Positions 14,934 through 45,284 of a DNA stretch of 64,000 nt are shown here, in pieces. Position 1 is the first letter of the stretch. Each line of letters begins with the position of its first letter. The stretch is from Amoebidium appalachense (taxonomy: Eukaryota > Protista > Ichthyosporea), in NCBI GenBank assembly GCA_963693365.1, contig CAVNZM010000016.1:992005-1056004 (forward strand). Direction: 5' to 3'. The notes under the pieces are model-generated. The model was not told where the DNA came from. It was given only the letters and a program-made list of their open reading frames with translations, and did no database searches. The position numbers and the translations under genes are program-made.

Positions 14934-15872
14934 TTAAACTGCCTTAGTGCCACGCTCAGGCATCCCTATGATCCCCGAAGTCTTTTTCTTGGGTGGGAGG
15001 GGAGGTGGTGCCCTCTTTGGTAGCAGAGTTGCACTAATTCTTTCGCTGGCAAAGTCATCAGCGCTCTCTTCCCTCCAGCGCATTCTCGCTTCATTTGCCT
15101 TCCGTTGCCGCACCAACACAAACACAGCTATGGCCGTACAGAGGAGAAACGATACGCCCACACCCACACACACGTAGATGATCAACTTGCTTGTGTCCAC
15201 CTTGGCGGTTGAGGTGATGGGTTCGGATGATTGCGCCAGTGTTTCGGCAGAAACGACAGAAACCACCGGTGATGAAAGGGAGAATGTGACGTCAACCACA
15301 GAGGAAGTTGGTATGGGTGTCTGTGTCGTTTCAGAGGTCACGCTTGCCGCTAGCTGTACAGCGGCTTTGGGTTTTGCGTTGTCAGATGTAACGACGTTGG
15401 TGTTTGTTAGCGATTGGGTATCATCCTCAAACAGTTGCACTTGGGGGTGTTGTTTTGTACTGGTGTGTGCCGGGGCCGCCTGGGCGTGCGAGATGGGGAG
15501 TGGCTCTCCACACGTGACACGATACCAGTTAGAATGCATCATGAGGTTGTCTTTGAACGATGGTAAGTACTTTTGCACGAGATTATTGCACGCATCAAGT
15601 GTGTCCTTGTTGGGTTGAAGGCCACAATCCCTCAACAACAACATGTCGCACTCGTTTGAGACGTCGAGCATGTCTTCACGTAGAGTCATATCGCAGTTAG
15701 TTTCCATGCATGTAATGCGCACACAGTGACTCAATGCTGCCACGGGTCCGTATTTGACAAGGCCATCGTGGTACTGTTTGCACACGGCCGCCTGTTTGGG
15801 TGCAGTGTTGGCGGCTTGCAAAGTGGTGGATCCGACCACCAAGCAAACAGCAAAGAGTGTGTGTAGTAGCAT
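14934..15872 (-). CDS. Single-exon type I membrane protein
   Basis: Signal peptide MLLHTLFAVCLVVGS..., 8-Cys ectodomain, Ser/Thr-rich stalk, TM LIIYVCVGVGVSFLLCTAIAVFVLV, basic stop-transfer RQRK, tail PPPLPPKKK. Confidence 0.8.
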   Translation of the reverse strand: MLLHTLFAVCLVVGSTTLQAANTAPKQAAVCKQYHDGLVKYGPVAALSHCVRITCMETNCDMTLREDMLDVSNECDMLLLRDCGLQPNKDTLDACNNLVQKYLPSFKDNLMMHSNWYRVTCGEPLPISHAQAAPAHTSTKQHPQVQLFEDDTQSLTNTNVVTSDNAKPKAAVQLAASVTSETTQTPIPTSSVVDVTFSLSSPVVSVVSAETLAQSSEPITSTAKVDTSKLIIYVCVGVGVSFLLCTAIAVFVLVRQRKANEARMRWREESADDFASERISATLLPKRAPPPLPPKKKTSGIIGMPERGTKAV

Positions 15873-17920
15873 AGTGGCGTTGGTCACGAATATGTCTTAT
15901 ATGCAAGAACTTTAGCCTAGTAATAAAATTTATAAAAATTGCTTTTCCTATGGCGAGGAATCGCAACAACTTTGGCCAAAAAATTGACGTCTTGCACACT
16001 CCAGCCTGAGTCAAAACTGAAAGTCAGACAAACGCTGTATATGGCGTTGTGTTTGCAAGCTTTATTGCCAAGACTAAAGTAATAGCTAACTATAGTGTCA
16101 TATGTGGGTCTTGGAGTCGCAATACCGCCCAGCTTACAAAAGTTAATGAAATAAAGGTTATGTAATGCTACACAACAACACACCTCATTTTGACTTGACT
16201 CGAGCTCGGTTGAAGGCTTCTTTATGTAGCCAAAAAATGTGTGTGCATTGTGCGGGGCGGGGACACCGTCATCTGTGAACGGCAAAGAAAAATAATGATT
16301 TGTGAAGAGAAGTTTGTAGTTATAATTTAACAAGGAACTTTGTTAGTTTAAAGCACGAATCTAAATGCTTAATTAAGTATGACTCTGGAGGAGTGAAAGA
16401 CAAAGAGATCTTGAGCAGTGTAAAACCGAAGATGACTTTTGGCGAACTCAAACTTCATGTGATCTTCGCAAGACGCTGAAGCTCCTGTTAGCGCGATGAA
16501 AGTTGTGTGAAATTTGAAATGGCCTCTATCTATGCATAAATATGTGGGCCAAGCGCAAATTCACGATGTACCTGCCAGTGATCATACATACACGCGTACG
16601 TATGCACGGTACGTATACATATACAGCTCACATATATACGGTACGTACATGCTGTTCGAATATGCATAGTACTGCATACGCACTAATTAGCATGATCATG
16701 CTCCTGACCGTCCCCGCAGGAGGCTTGACCTTTATGGCTGACCGGCAAATAGTTCGTGTTTCAGGGCTTTATTCGCGCACGTGTTTTTTTTTTTTGATAT
16801 AAAAACATCCACAGCTTTGAATAGTGAACACAACAGCCATTACTATGTGACAACCACGTGTACAGAGCTGTATGTCGCTGGCTGGGAACTTTGTTTTACC
16901 CGCCTCCGCAAACTACGAATCCCCTTTAGCTTTCGCACAAATGTCAAGATCACCAGCGGATATATATAATTTGACAACCACATTTGACATTTTCAAACAT
17001 CTTCCTTGACTTCCTTTTTTTTTAATTCTCCGTTAAGAGCAATGTCCGAAGGAATTGGTATATGTACACCATATCAAGAGTTCCCCACAAACCTATGGTG
17101 CTGATACAAAAGTAAGTCAGCATATGTCCTGGATCCTCCATATAACGGTTCTCAGTATGCATGACCAAAAACCGTGAAGCTACATAGTTAAGTTAGTTAT
17201 CTATATCCCGGGATTATGGCAGACTGGATATTTTGTTGCCACCGTCTCAAAGGCCGGCTTCGGAGGACTTCCGCGGGCCGCGGCGGCTGAGCGGTCAGCG
17301 GCGCATGGCCATCGCATCATGGATGCAGGCAGCCTGGCGCAGGCCGGCCAGCGGCAGGCAGCTTCGGACCTCGAGCTCGAGCTCCAGACAGCCTTCGCCC
17401 TACTTCACGCGCGATACGTACACACGCACGCACGCAAACACGCACGTGCGTGCGCCTGAGCACCTAAAGCTGCTACCCACACGCAGTGCGTACAGCCGCC
17501 TGTGACAGCCTGCCCGCACCCACTCGCGCCCATGGCCACGCACGCACACGTGCCCGCACAGCACTGTTCATGTATACACGCGCACCCACGTAGCCATACA
17601 GTGTAACTCAGCCCTGCGGGTATGATGCACTATGTTCCTTTCTATTCGGTCACAGGTACCCAAACCATGCGCATGAATTCCGAGGCATTTGTTCGGTGAT
17701 CACCAATATTGTCACTAAGGATACAGTTTTGGTGCTGCTGTTTTTAATTAAAAAAAAAGCCTTATCCATGAGCTTCAGGCCCTGCCTGACTTTTTCTGAA
17801 TGACTGCTGGTGTTGGTTTCCATGGTCAACACGCTGACATTGTCATTGGAACTGGCCACTGCTTTATTTAAAATTAACAACACAATCTTCCACAGACATG
17901 TGTTGGCGCCTACCAAGATT

Positions 17921-19837
17921 CTATTTGCTCTTCCTACGTTTGTTTGGCGTGTCTTTTGAATACTTCAACTTCCCTCGAAGCCATGCCTGCAAATCAGGTT
18001 CGAGGTCACTAATCTTTCTGCCCCCTGCATCTACAAATTTCAAGACCTTGCGCAAGCGATTTCTATCCATTTTTCTGTTTTTTGCAGTCTTGATAGCTTC
18101 GAAGCTCTGTGACTTTTCCTTTCCTGCGTGGGGCCCTCTAGGTTTCTCAGGATCTTCCTTAGCCTTTCTAGCAAGCTGTCCTAGAACTTCAGGCGGAACC
18201 CGCACACCATGTTCGAGATTTTGAGCCAGAAGGGCATGATAATAAAAACGGTGTTTTTTGGGGGGTTTGTGAATTGCTACAGTGTGTGCGCTGGATGTGT
18301 TTGATAGTCTGCGAGGCTGCAGAACAGGCTGATGGCGCCGAACGACAGGAGGTGCAGCTGACGCCACAGCAGTACACACAGGGTGCCGTGCTTGCAGTTT
18401 GCCCATCCAGCAATGGTTGCCCTGGGCTGCCATTGATGGAAGCTGGGCCACCATGTCAACGTTGTCACAGTCGCTGTCCACGTAGGTTGAAGTTGGAGAC
18501 GTCAGCAGGTCTACGCCAGAGCTGGTGGGAACCAGGGCACTCTGAGGCGCCGAAGATGGAAGCTCCAGTTGGTAGAAACCGATGTTGGCGGACGACATAT
18601 CGCAGTTGCTGTTTGGTGGGCGTCCGACCACGGCCTCCCCGGGCCAAGATGATTGAACATTGCCCGCCGCCTGAGATGCCGGTGCTTGACTGGCGCCAGC
18701 TGTGAAACCCCCCACAGGCATGTGCTGACAAAGTGCCATATCAGTGACAGGGAGGCTGTCGTCGCTGTTGTCAGCACTCCAAGTGAACACACCGCCACTG
18801 TTGCAGCCTGAGTCTGGTGTCTGGCACCAGCTCTTGAGCTCCCTTTCGTAGTCGTATGACGGCTCAAAGGCGTCATCTTGTTCAGGCTGGCTGGCTGGCA
18901 CATAGGAAACCACATGACGCCCTTCAAGGATCTCAGAAAGGTTGTATGGGATGGAGAGGAACACAGCCCCAGGTACAGAGAAGTCAGCCTCACCAGGCCC
19001 GGCAGCAACGTGCTGAACACCAGTGAAATAAACGCCAAACAGTTCCAGGATGTGCCGCACGGAAACTTGCTGGTCGCAACGCCCCAGGGGCAAAGGCAGG
19101 GGCAAGGCAGAGTGCCCGGACGGTGAAGCGGTAGTCAATGCCGTGCACAGACGTGGTGCCAGCCATACTTGGTGGACGTGGTGCTGGTGAAGAGCAGGAG
19201 ACAACATGCTCCCCACACAAGGAATCCTAATGGCATCTAGGCAATACGTGGGTGCGCAGATGCCCAAATGCGACAGGATGTCTACCTTGCTCTGGTTGAA
19301 CAGTGGCGTTGCAGGCTTTCCAGCCAGAAAAGCAGCCAGGAAGTAGTAATCCTCCGCGGTCATAAGAAGCGCAGCAACTGTCCCATCCAGCTGCCTGTAC
19401 ACCTTGGCGCAGATGCAGGACTCAGGACCAACACACAGCCTCACCATGACCGTTGTTGGCTGGGGAACTGAAAAGCCACCCTGAACTCGCTGGCTGGAGT
19501 TCAGCACCAACCTAAGCAGCCGTAGATGCTGTGCAGGATCTTGAAACTGAAGCTGTTGTAGGTGCCTGGATAGCACAGTGACGCTGTGCACTTCATTGAG
19601 CACGCGAAAATGCAACTCAAGTTGCCCACCCAGCACCGCCTCGCCAGGACTAGCCAAAGGGGTGCCAGCCGCTGTCAGCGGCGTCACCTCGCAGACAATC
19701 TCAGGGAAGGTGTGTGCTGTAGAGCCATGAGCGAGAGGTACCCTGAGCTGGCCCAGCGAAGAAGGAACGGGCGGAAGAACTGGTGGCGGAGCAATAACCT
19801 CACCGCCCAACAGAGATTGTTGTGTAAACTGATCCAT
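17921..19837 (-). CDS. 638-aa intronless hypothetical protein with basic C-terminus
   Basis: Long ATG-initiated ORF free of microsatellites; Ser/Pro-rich middle; Lys/Arg-rich end (NKRRKSK, possible NLS). No family recognised. Confidence 0.65.
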   Translation of the reverse strand: MDQFTQQSLLGGEVIAPPPVLPPVPSSLGQLRVPLAHGSTAHTFPEIVCEVTPLTAAGTPLASPGEAVLGGQLELHFRVLNEVHSVTVLSRHLQQLQFQDPAQHLRLLRLVLNSSQRVQGGFSVPQPTTVMVRLCVGPESCICAKVYRQLDGTVAALLMTAEDYYFLAAFLAGKPATPLFNQSKVDILSHLGICAPTYCLDAIRIPCVGSMLSPALHQHHVHQVWLAPRLCTALTTASPSGHSALPLPLPLGRCDQQVSVRHILELFGVYFTGVQHVAAGPGEADFSVPGAVFLSIPYNLSEILEGRHVVSYVPASQPEQDDAFEPSYDYERELKSWCQTPDSGCNSGGVFTWSADNSDDSLPVTDMALCQHMPVGGFTAGASQAPASQAAGNVQSSWPGEAVVGRPPNSNCDMSSANIGFYQLELPSSAPQSALVPTSSGVDLLTSPTSTYVDSDCDNVDMVAQLPSMAAQGNHCWMGKLQARHPVCTAVASAAPPVVRRHQPVLQPRRLSNTSSAHTVAIHKPPKKHRFYYHALLAQNLEHGVRVPPEVLGQLARKAKEDPEKPRGPHAGKEKSQSFEAIKTAKNRKMDRNRLRKVLKFVDAGGRKISDLEPDLQAWLRGKLKYSKDTPNKRRKSK

Positions 19838-20792
19838 ATTGTGTCAAGTGGGAATACATACCTATACAAGGTGCGGAAGTGTGGAAGGCTTAGAAAAGTG
19901 GTGTGGCGTGTGGTATAGCAGTGCTCATATGTAGGACAGAGAAGTTGCAGGACTGCTGAGGCCCTGAGTGCGGGTGATTCTTAGATGGAGAGATGGAGAG
20001 GCACATGCACACAACCCAGAGTACTAGCACATAGCCCAGATTACTAGTTGAAAATGATAAGGGATGAGCTCATCTCTCCCCTCGTATCCTTCGTTCATTG
20101 TCACTCCTACGGCTTTTATACTGCCACCCTCCGTGCCCACGTGCCAGTGTTGGTGGAGTGTGAGCATGTCTTGTAGTGTAACTTTATTTATGCTCTGCCA
20201 TCCTCTGAGTTGCCGTCCAATCATGTGCAAGAGTTAGGCACAAGAATGTACAAATATAGGACAAGTTACACACACGTTGGCCAATGAGCTCAGCTCAGAG
20301 TCAGCTGACCAAAACGGCGCATGGTGATTGGAACAAAGCCATGCCCCTATGTGTTACACAACATTCAGACAGTTCGCAAAGACATAGACAAATGTGGTGT
20401 CCTTGCACCTGATATAGCAAACAATTTACACACGTCATATAGTACATTATCATTTAAACCTGTACCTATAGTTCCAGAATACAAATACCTTGGTGTTCCG
20501 GTAAACACGTTTGTGCATTTGTGCATGCGTGTGAGGGTATGTCTGGTGGGGGGGGGGGGGGGAGGAGGAAGAGTGCGTGTGAGGGTATGTCGTGGGGGGG
20601 GGGGGGGGGGGGGGGGGAGGAGGAGGAAGAGAGAGTCACTTGGAGGGAGGGGTCCGGAAGCGCGACCGTGAGGGGGAACGGGGGCGGGGTGGGGGGCACC
20701 GGTAGGATAGTGGCGGTTTTTTGTAAGGCTATGCGAACTTGGACAAGAATGCAAACAGGCGCGCGCGCGCGCGCGCGCGCGTGTGCGTGTGC

Positions 20793-20838
<46 letters not shown>

Positions 20839-21242
20839 TGATGGTGGTGGTGGTGGTGTTGGTGGTGGTGTGTGTGGGGGGAGAAGGGGGGGGGGGGGGG
20901 GGAGGGAAGCCTGGGAGGGAGGGAGAGAGAGTTTGAGAAAGGGTGGGAAGCCTACAGGGGATGGCAGGAAAGGGGTCCCGGGGGGAAGAGGAGCGGGAGG
21001 GGAGAAAGTGGTTGGTTCCAGCCTCAGCCTGGAAGGAGGGAGACAGGTGTTCTAACACATTAGCAGGGATTCGACATTTTGCGTGATAGAGAAGAGAGGC
21101 TGGAGGGCCGTGCGCGCGATCTTATGAAAAGGCAAGAGAGATGCGGGAGACCCTGAGAGAGAGAGACAAAGAGAGAGAGAGAGAGAGTGTGTGTGTGTGC
21201 GTGTGCGTGTGCGTGTGTGTGGCAGGGTGGCTGGTTGTGTGT

Positions 21243-21273
<31 letters not shown>

Positions 21274-21377
21274 GGGGGGGGGACGGCAGCAAGAGAACGA
21301 GGGAGGGTGGGAGAGAGAGGGAGGGGGATCCGGAGGGGGGAGGGAGGGCTGGAGTGAGAACTGGAGACAGACAGGGG

Positions 21378-21476
<99 letters not shown>

Positions 21477-21750
21477 TGTGTGTGTGTGTGTGTGTGCATG
21501 CTTAGTGGTTCGAGCTTTTGAGTCTGGTTATGTACGTGTACATAGAAAACTCGCGCATGGCACGATTTCAAAGAATTTGTCAGACCCCAAACTGCCCATA
21601 TCTTGAGGCTTCTGAACACCAGCGCTCTGCCGTCTTGTTTGGCGCAATGGAGACTGTCCATCATGTTTTAGACACAATGTACAAGGGCCACCGTTAGTCT
21701 TTCCTGACCAGCTAGTTGTTCCACAATACTTTTCCCTTGTAGTATACTGT

Positions 21751-21796
<46 letters not shown>

Positions 21797-22515
21797 TACA
21801 CGTAAGATGTGTTAGATATTTGTCATGTTCGAATTCACTTGGCTATTTTCCGTTGGCCATTTTCTGCCGCAATGTATTGCACAGCTCTACAAGGCTCGAC
21901 ACATGGTTATCAATAAAGTAAGCACATTATTCCTTGTACAACGGCCACAGCAACCCTGAAAAATGTGCGTAATTTTTATTATGTGCAGTTGCACGGCCTG
22001 CCTGCACCTCCACACTTGACATTCACTTCATAGGATAGAAAACCGATAGCTAATATAAGCTTTGTGTTAGCAACATTTACAAGTTCTCTAGAGCCCCCCC
22101 CCCCCCCCCCCCCCCCTAGCCCCTCGCTCTCCCTTCTTCTGCAGTGTGTGTGTGTGTGGTGAGGTGTGTATGCTTTTCTGTGCATGTGCGTGTGTGTGCG
22201 CGTGCGTGTTTGCGTGTGCGTGTGCATGCGTGTGTGTGTGCGTGCGCGCAGGTGGCTGCAGAGGCCGGGAGGGAGAAGAGGAGCGGGGAACATCTGCTGA
22301 CTCAGCCAACCGAAGTGCACACCGGGTGGATGACAGCCATAGAACGTACAAAACTTTAATACAATTATTATATCAATTAAACAATATTAGCATTCGCGCA
22401 TTTCATATATTTCGCCAAATCCACCAATCATATCAATTCCAAAACAATTAAACCAAGTTCTTTCGCATAAACCAACCAAAAGCAAAAAAAAGGGGGGAAA
22501 AAAAGGGGGGTGTGT

Positions 22516-22570
<55 letters not shown>

Positions 22571-22630
22571 ATGACACCATACAGACAATTGCAACACTAG
22601 CATAGAACTGATAAAAGAAATTAAAATCAA

Positions 22631-31739
<9,109 letters not shown>

Positions 31740-31893
31740 GCAAGAAACACGTGTGAGAGTGTGAGGGATGAAGTGGGCGAGCAGGCAGGAGCGCACATGC
31801 ATGCGGGCCAAGATGTTGCCCAGGTGTATATGTTGTGTGAGTGGTGTGTGTGAGTGAGTGAGTGAGTGTGAGTGTGAGTGTGAGTGTGAGTGA

Positions 31894-32006
<113 letters not shown>

Positions 32007-32804
32007 TGTGCGTGTGTGTGTGTGTACGCTGTGTGCTAATGTGTATGCCGTGTGTTCGTGTACATGTGCCTGCGTGGGTGCGTGTGCGCGTGCATGTGTG
32101 CCTGCGTGCGTGCGTGTGCGTGTGTGTGTGTATGTGTGACTGTGTGTTCTCTATCATTCTTTATTTCTCTCACTCTCTCTCCACTCCCTCCCTCCCCCCT
32201 CCCTCCCTCCTCCCCCTACTCCCTTTCCTCACTCCCACCCCCCCTCATACCCTCCTTCTCTCACTCTCTATCTCCATTTTCTCTCCCTCCCTCTCCCTCC
32301 CTCCCTCCCTCCCTCCCTTCCTCCCTCCCGCCCTCCCTCTCCCTCCTTCCCTCTCTCTCTCTCTCTCTCTCCCCCCCCCCCCCCCCCCCCCTCTCTCTCT
32401 ATCTCTCTCTCAGCTCTCTTACCAACACCCCCCCGCTCTCCCCACCTCCCTCACCCCATCCACTACCACCACCAAAGGCAAAGATACACGCAGGTAGGTG
32501 CTGCTTACACACATACACACGCACGGAAACACACACAGACACACACACCCAAGCACACACACATAGACACATGCATGCACGCAAGGACACACGCATAAAC
32601 GTGCATGCACGCAAGCACAGAATACAAATACAGAAAGCCACACACACACACACACACAAGCACACACACACGCACACACGCACACACGCACACACGCACA
32701 CACACACACACAAGCACGCACGCACGCACACACGCACGCACGCATCCACACATGCACGCACGCAGGCTCACACGGATTACACACATGCAGAAAAACGCAC
32801 GCAC

Positions 32805-32917
<113 letters not shown>

Positions 32918-33156
32918 TCACAAGCGAACGGAAGCGAGGCAGCTGTAACCCGACCATCTTTCCACCCACGCGTCACAACTAATGCCGCTATAATCCTCAC
33001 CACACCTTACACACGAACCTTACTAAACCTTAGCATTTCAAGCCTTTCGTCGTGGTAATCTTTAGCCAAGTGATCAAACCGCATGGCTCACGCACACATT
33101 CCAATGGGTGCGCGTTTACGCAATATGATTGGATGACTGATAAGGTCGACCTCGTC

Positions 33157-33202
<46 letters not shown>

Positions 33203-33481
33203 CCCTCTCCTCTCTCAGCTGCAGGCTCTCTCTCTCTTTTTTGCTGTCTGTCCATGTCATGTTTCATGTATTCAAAGACGTTTTTTTGAACTTAAGGTAT
33301 TTTTTTTTCTAGGTACCCCACACAGAACTTGACGCCTCCTCAAACCCTCTGCCTTTCCCTGTCTTCGTACAAGCACAACCGTATTACTCCAACACTGGTG
33401 ATCGCAGTGCATACACGGTACAACCGTATATATGACCCACTTACCAAGTGCGCCAAATATTCTCCAGTCTCAACATGCGCC

Positions 33482-34893
33482 ATGGCAAACACACCCATGA
33501 ATCCCTTTGACCTTCTCGACGATTCTGTTCTATCACATATTTTTTCCTTCTTGCGCCGTCGTGAACGCTGCATCTGCTCTCTTGTATGCAAGAAATGGTT
33601 ATACACAGTACGTTCACTTCCCCTCAAAGGGCAACCCTGGGTCTGGGTCAACCCCAAACCATGGCCCATCCTGAAAGCTGGAGTGAAAGGATGGGCTGCG
33701 GCGATACGAAGCCTAACCCTCCGCTCAGAACTTTTCGGATATGGAAAGGAGGTACCCGTGCGTGTTAATGAGCTTCTCTCCCTGTGCCCGCACCTACACA
33801 CGGTTCGTTTCAACGACATAACAACTGAAATCATTGGGGCAATAGCTACATCTGCGAGTGCTGCACAAATTCGATGTTTGCACGTCGCCACAGAGGCCTA
33901 CCTGTTATACAAAGGCCCCGGAACAAGGTTGAATTTTTCTTCACTGGCATCATGCAACAACTTGAGCGAGTTCGTGTGCGATAACTTCCCGGGAGAAAAC
34001 GACATATTGGAGGGATGGGAAGGGATTTCGCGCCTATCGCAACTAAAAACACTGAACCTTTGTCAGAACGTGCTCGACACACAAGCGGCGGACGCCATTT
34101 CACGATGTTCCAGTTTGAAACGGTTGGTGGTTGCAGAGGTTGACTTTAATAAACTTAAATCACTCGCGAGCCTCTCTTCGGTTAACTGTGCGGCCAAATC
34201 GCTACCGGACGACCTCTCCCCCTGGCCTTTGACTCATCTCTACACATACCGCTGGTCACAAGCCGGCGAGTTGAACGGGTTAAAACATGCGAAATTCTTA
34301 AAGAAACTCACGCTGGCAAGGGCTATAATAGACGACATCAGCCCTGTAAGTCAGTGTTCACAATTGGAGGAACTGAGTTTAGCCGGCGATAACGTTACTT
34401 CCCTGCGCCCCATTGCCGCGTGCGTGAATTTGAAAGCATTGAACGTGGAAGGAATGGAATGCACAGGGGAGGAGACCTTGGGGGCCTGTTCCAAACTGAC
34501 CAGCCTCCTTCTGGCAACACACACCTCCAAGAACCTTGACTTTTTGAGAAATTGCACGGAATTGCAGGTGCTGAAAATCAGAACACGAACTGCCGTCAAC
34601 TCGCTCACGCCACTTGCGCTGTGCAAGAACCTACGCGAGCTTTCTTTAAGGATGGAGGGGGGATCGCCAATGGAACAGTAAACGAACTCAGAGAATGCAC
34701 GAGCCTCGAGAGTGTTACGATTGAAAACTGCAAGAATGAGCAGCTGATGGAGGTGGGGTGGCTCTGTGAGTTGCCGAGATTGAGGGTGGTGCGGGTGGCT
34801 GCGTGCGAGAATGCAAAGCCAGAGAATGCAGATGAGGTAGCGAATGGTTTGGAGCGTACGGGTGTGAGCGTGTCGCTTTCTTACTACTATTAA
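33482..34893 (+). CDS. F-box/leucine-rich-repeat protein, with one frameshift near 34657-34662
   Basis: F-box LLDDSVLSHIFSFL...SLVCKKW, then LRRs (CSQLEELSL, CVNLKALNV, CTELQVLKI, CKNLRELSL). LRRs continue in another frame (LRECTSLESVTI, LCELPRLRVV) after a G6 run. Confidence 0.85.
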
Positions 34894-35884
34894 ATGGGTG
34901 TGTATGTGCGGTAGATGTTGGCCATAAACGATAGAGAAATAGGTGTGGAATGTGCCACCATATATATTGTCAGGAATGGTGTGCGAGAATGGCTTTTTGG
35001 GTGGGTCCTTTGTGTAACTTGAGGCACTCAAAGTTTCGGTGTGGGTGTGGGTGTGGGTGCGCCCGCACGTGCTTATGCTTGACGGCCACAGTGTGGTGTG
35101 TGTGTGTGTGCAAGCGAGGGTGTATTTGTGTGCTTTGGGGGGAGGGGGGGGGAGGTGTGGAAGGGGAAGGAAGCGTGTGTGTGGGAGGGGCCGGGAGGGG
35201 GGAGGGGGGGGGGGGGGGAAGGTATACATATGCATTGTTGATTAGTTTAGTTGAAATACCCATCTTTGCAGCTTTTACTGATTTACTGAGTGCTCGGCAA
35301 CTAGTCAGCGGCAGCCTGAGAAACAATATTCATAGGTTTAGTATTATGTTGCTGTGGAGTTGCAGCCTACTGTGATAGGGTGAGGCCTTAAAAACATCAG
35401 ATCTTAGCTAGCGTTCACTTAGTTAGGATCTGGATTATGATCATTTACACATGTCATTAAAATAGACCGTTTTCGAGAAAGTTTGTGGCTAAATATAAAT
35501 AGCTTGGCAAGAAGAAAACGTGCCACTGAATGGTGCTGAGCATCCTATGTTATGAACAGCTGGTATTACTTTACCTCGCTTTCCGTTCCCTCGCGTTTTG
35601 CGCTCCATAACCCCCCCCCCCCCCCCCCCCCCCCCCACAACATGCCCCCCCCTCCCCAACCCCCAGTCCCGTTCTCCCCTTTCCCCCCCACGGCCCGCAT
35701 CGTCCTCCACGTGCACGTGCACCACCACCACGGTTGTGGTGCTTGCCAGGGGGTATGGATGGCTGTACGTGCGACTGTGAGAGCAAGCGATCACGTGTGC
35801 ATGTGTGTGTGGCAGCGGGGCTTTGCGTGTACAGCGCTAGCGGTTACGGTGAGCATGTGTGACATGCACAAGCGCTTGTGTAGT

Positions 35885-35943
<59 letters not shown>

Positions 35944-35968
35944 GCACGCACGCACAAACACACGCACA

Positions 35969-35999
<31 letters not shown>

Positions 36000-36178
36000 G
36001 CATGTACGCGCGCACACACACACACCGTCACACACACACACACACATGCACGCACGCACGCACGCACATGCGCACACACACACACGCACACGCACACACA
36101 TACATATGCACGCACGCACGCTCGCACATCAGCACACGCACATGCACACACACACACAAGCACACACAAGCAGACACA

Positions 36179-36228
<50 letters not shown>

Positions 36229-36738
36229 AACACACGTACCATAGTTGTGATTGGTAGTACTATGTAGTAATGACTCTTCTTTTTGGGTTGGGCTACGCGT
36301 GGTGAGCAGTGTGGTGAGCCACTCAAGGGGCCAGGGGGGGGGGGGGGGGACTCGGGGAGGGGGGGGGAGGGGGGGGGGGGGGGGGCAGGATCTAAATATG
36401 GCTACTTTAGAAGACCATTGATTGGTGTTCTGATTCATTTTGGCGCGAACTTGGACCTTGTGTGTGTAGCTCCTTGTGTGGAAGGGAGATTAGGTGGACT
36501 TGGTGTGGAACGGTGTGCCAAAAGAAAGTAGCCAGCGCGCAGCAGCAAGGTTGTTACAGTTGTTAGTTGCTCACGCACACGTAAATAGACGCTTTTGTTA
36601 TTCATGCTTCTATCTTCCACACCTCTACACCAAAGGGGTTCACACGGGGGTGAGAGAACCCAAAGATCCAAAGTTTACCAATTCGGTCCTCGATCACTCT
36701 ATGTCGCTCTTTCGATAATTACTGACCCCTTGGAAAAC

Positions 36739-45284
<8,546 letters not shown>

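Noticed and set aside
21540-21748. Additional last exon of RMND1
   Set aside because: The preceding exon already reaches a stop at 22631 after the TM helix, and the downstream frame is ambiguous.
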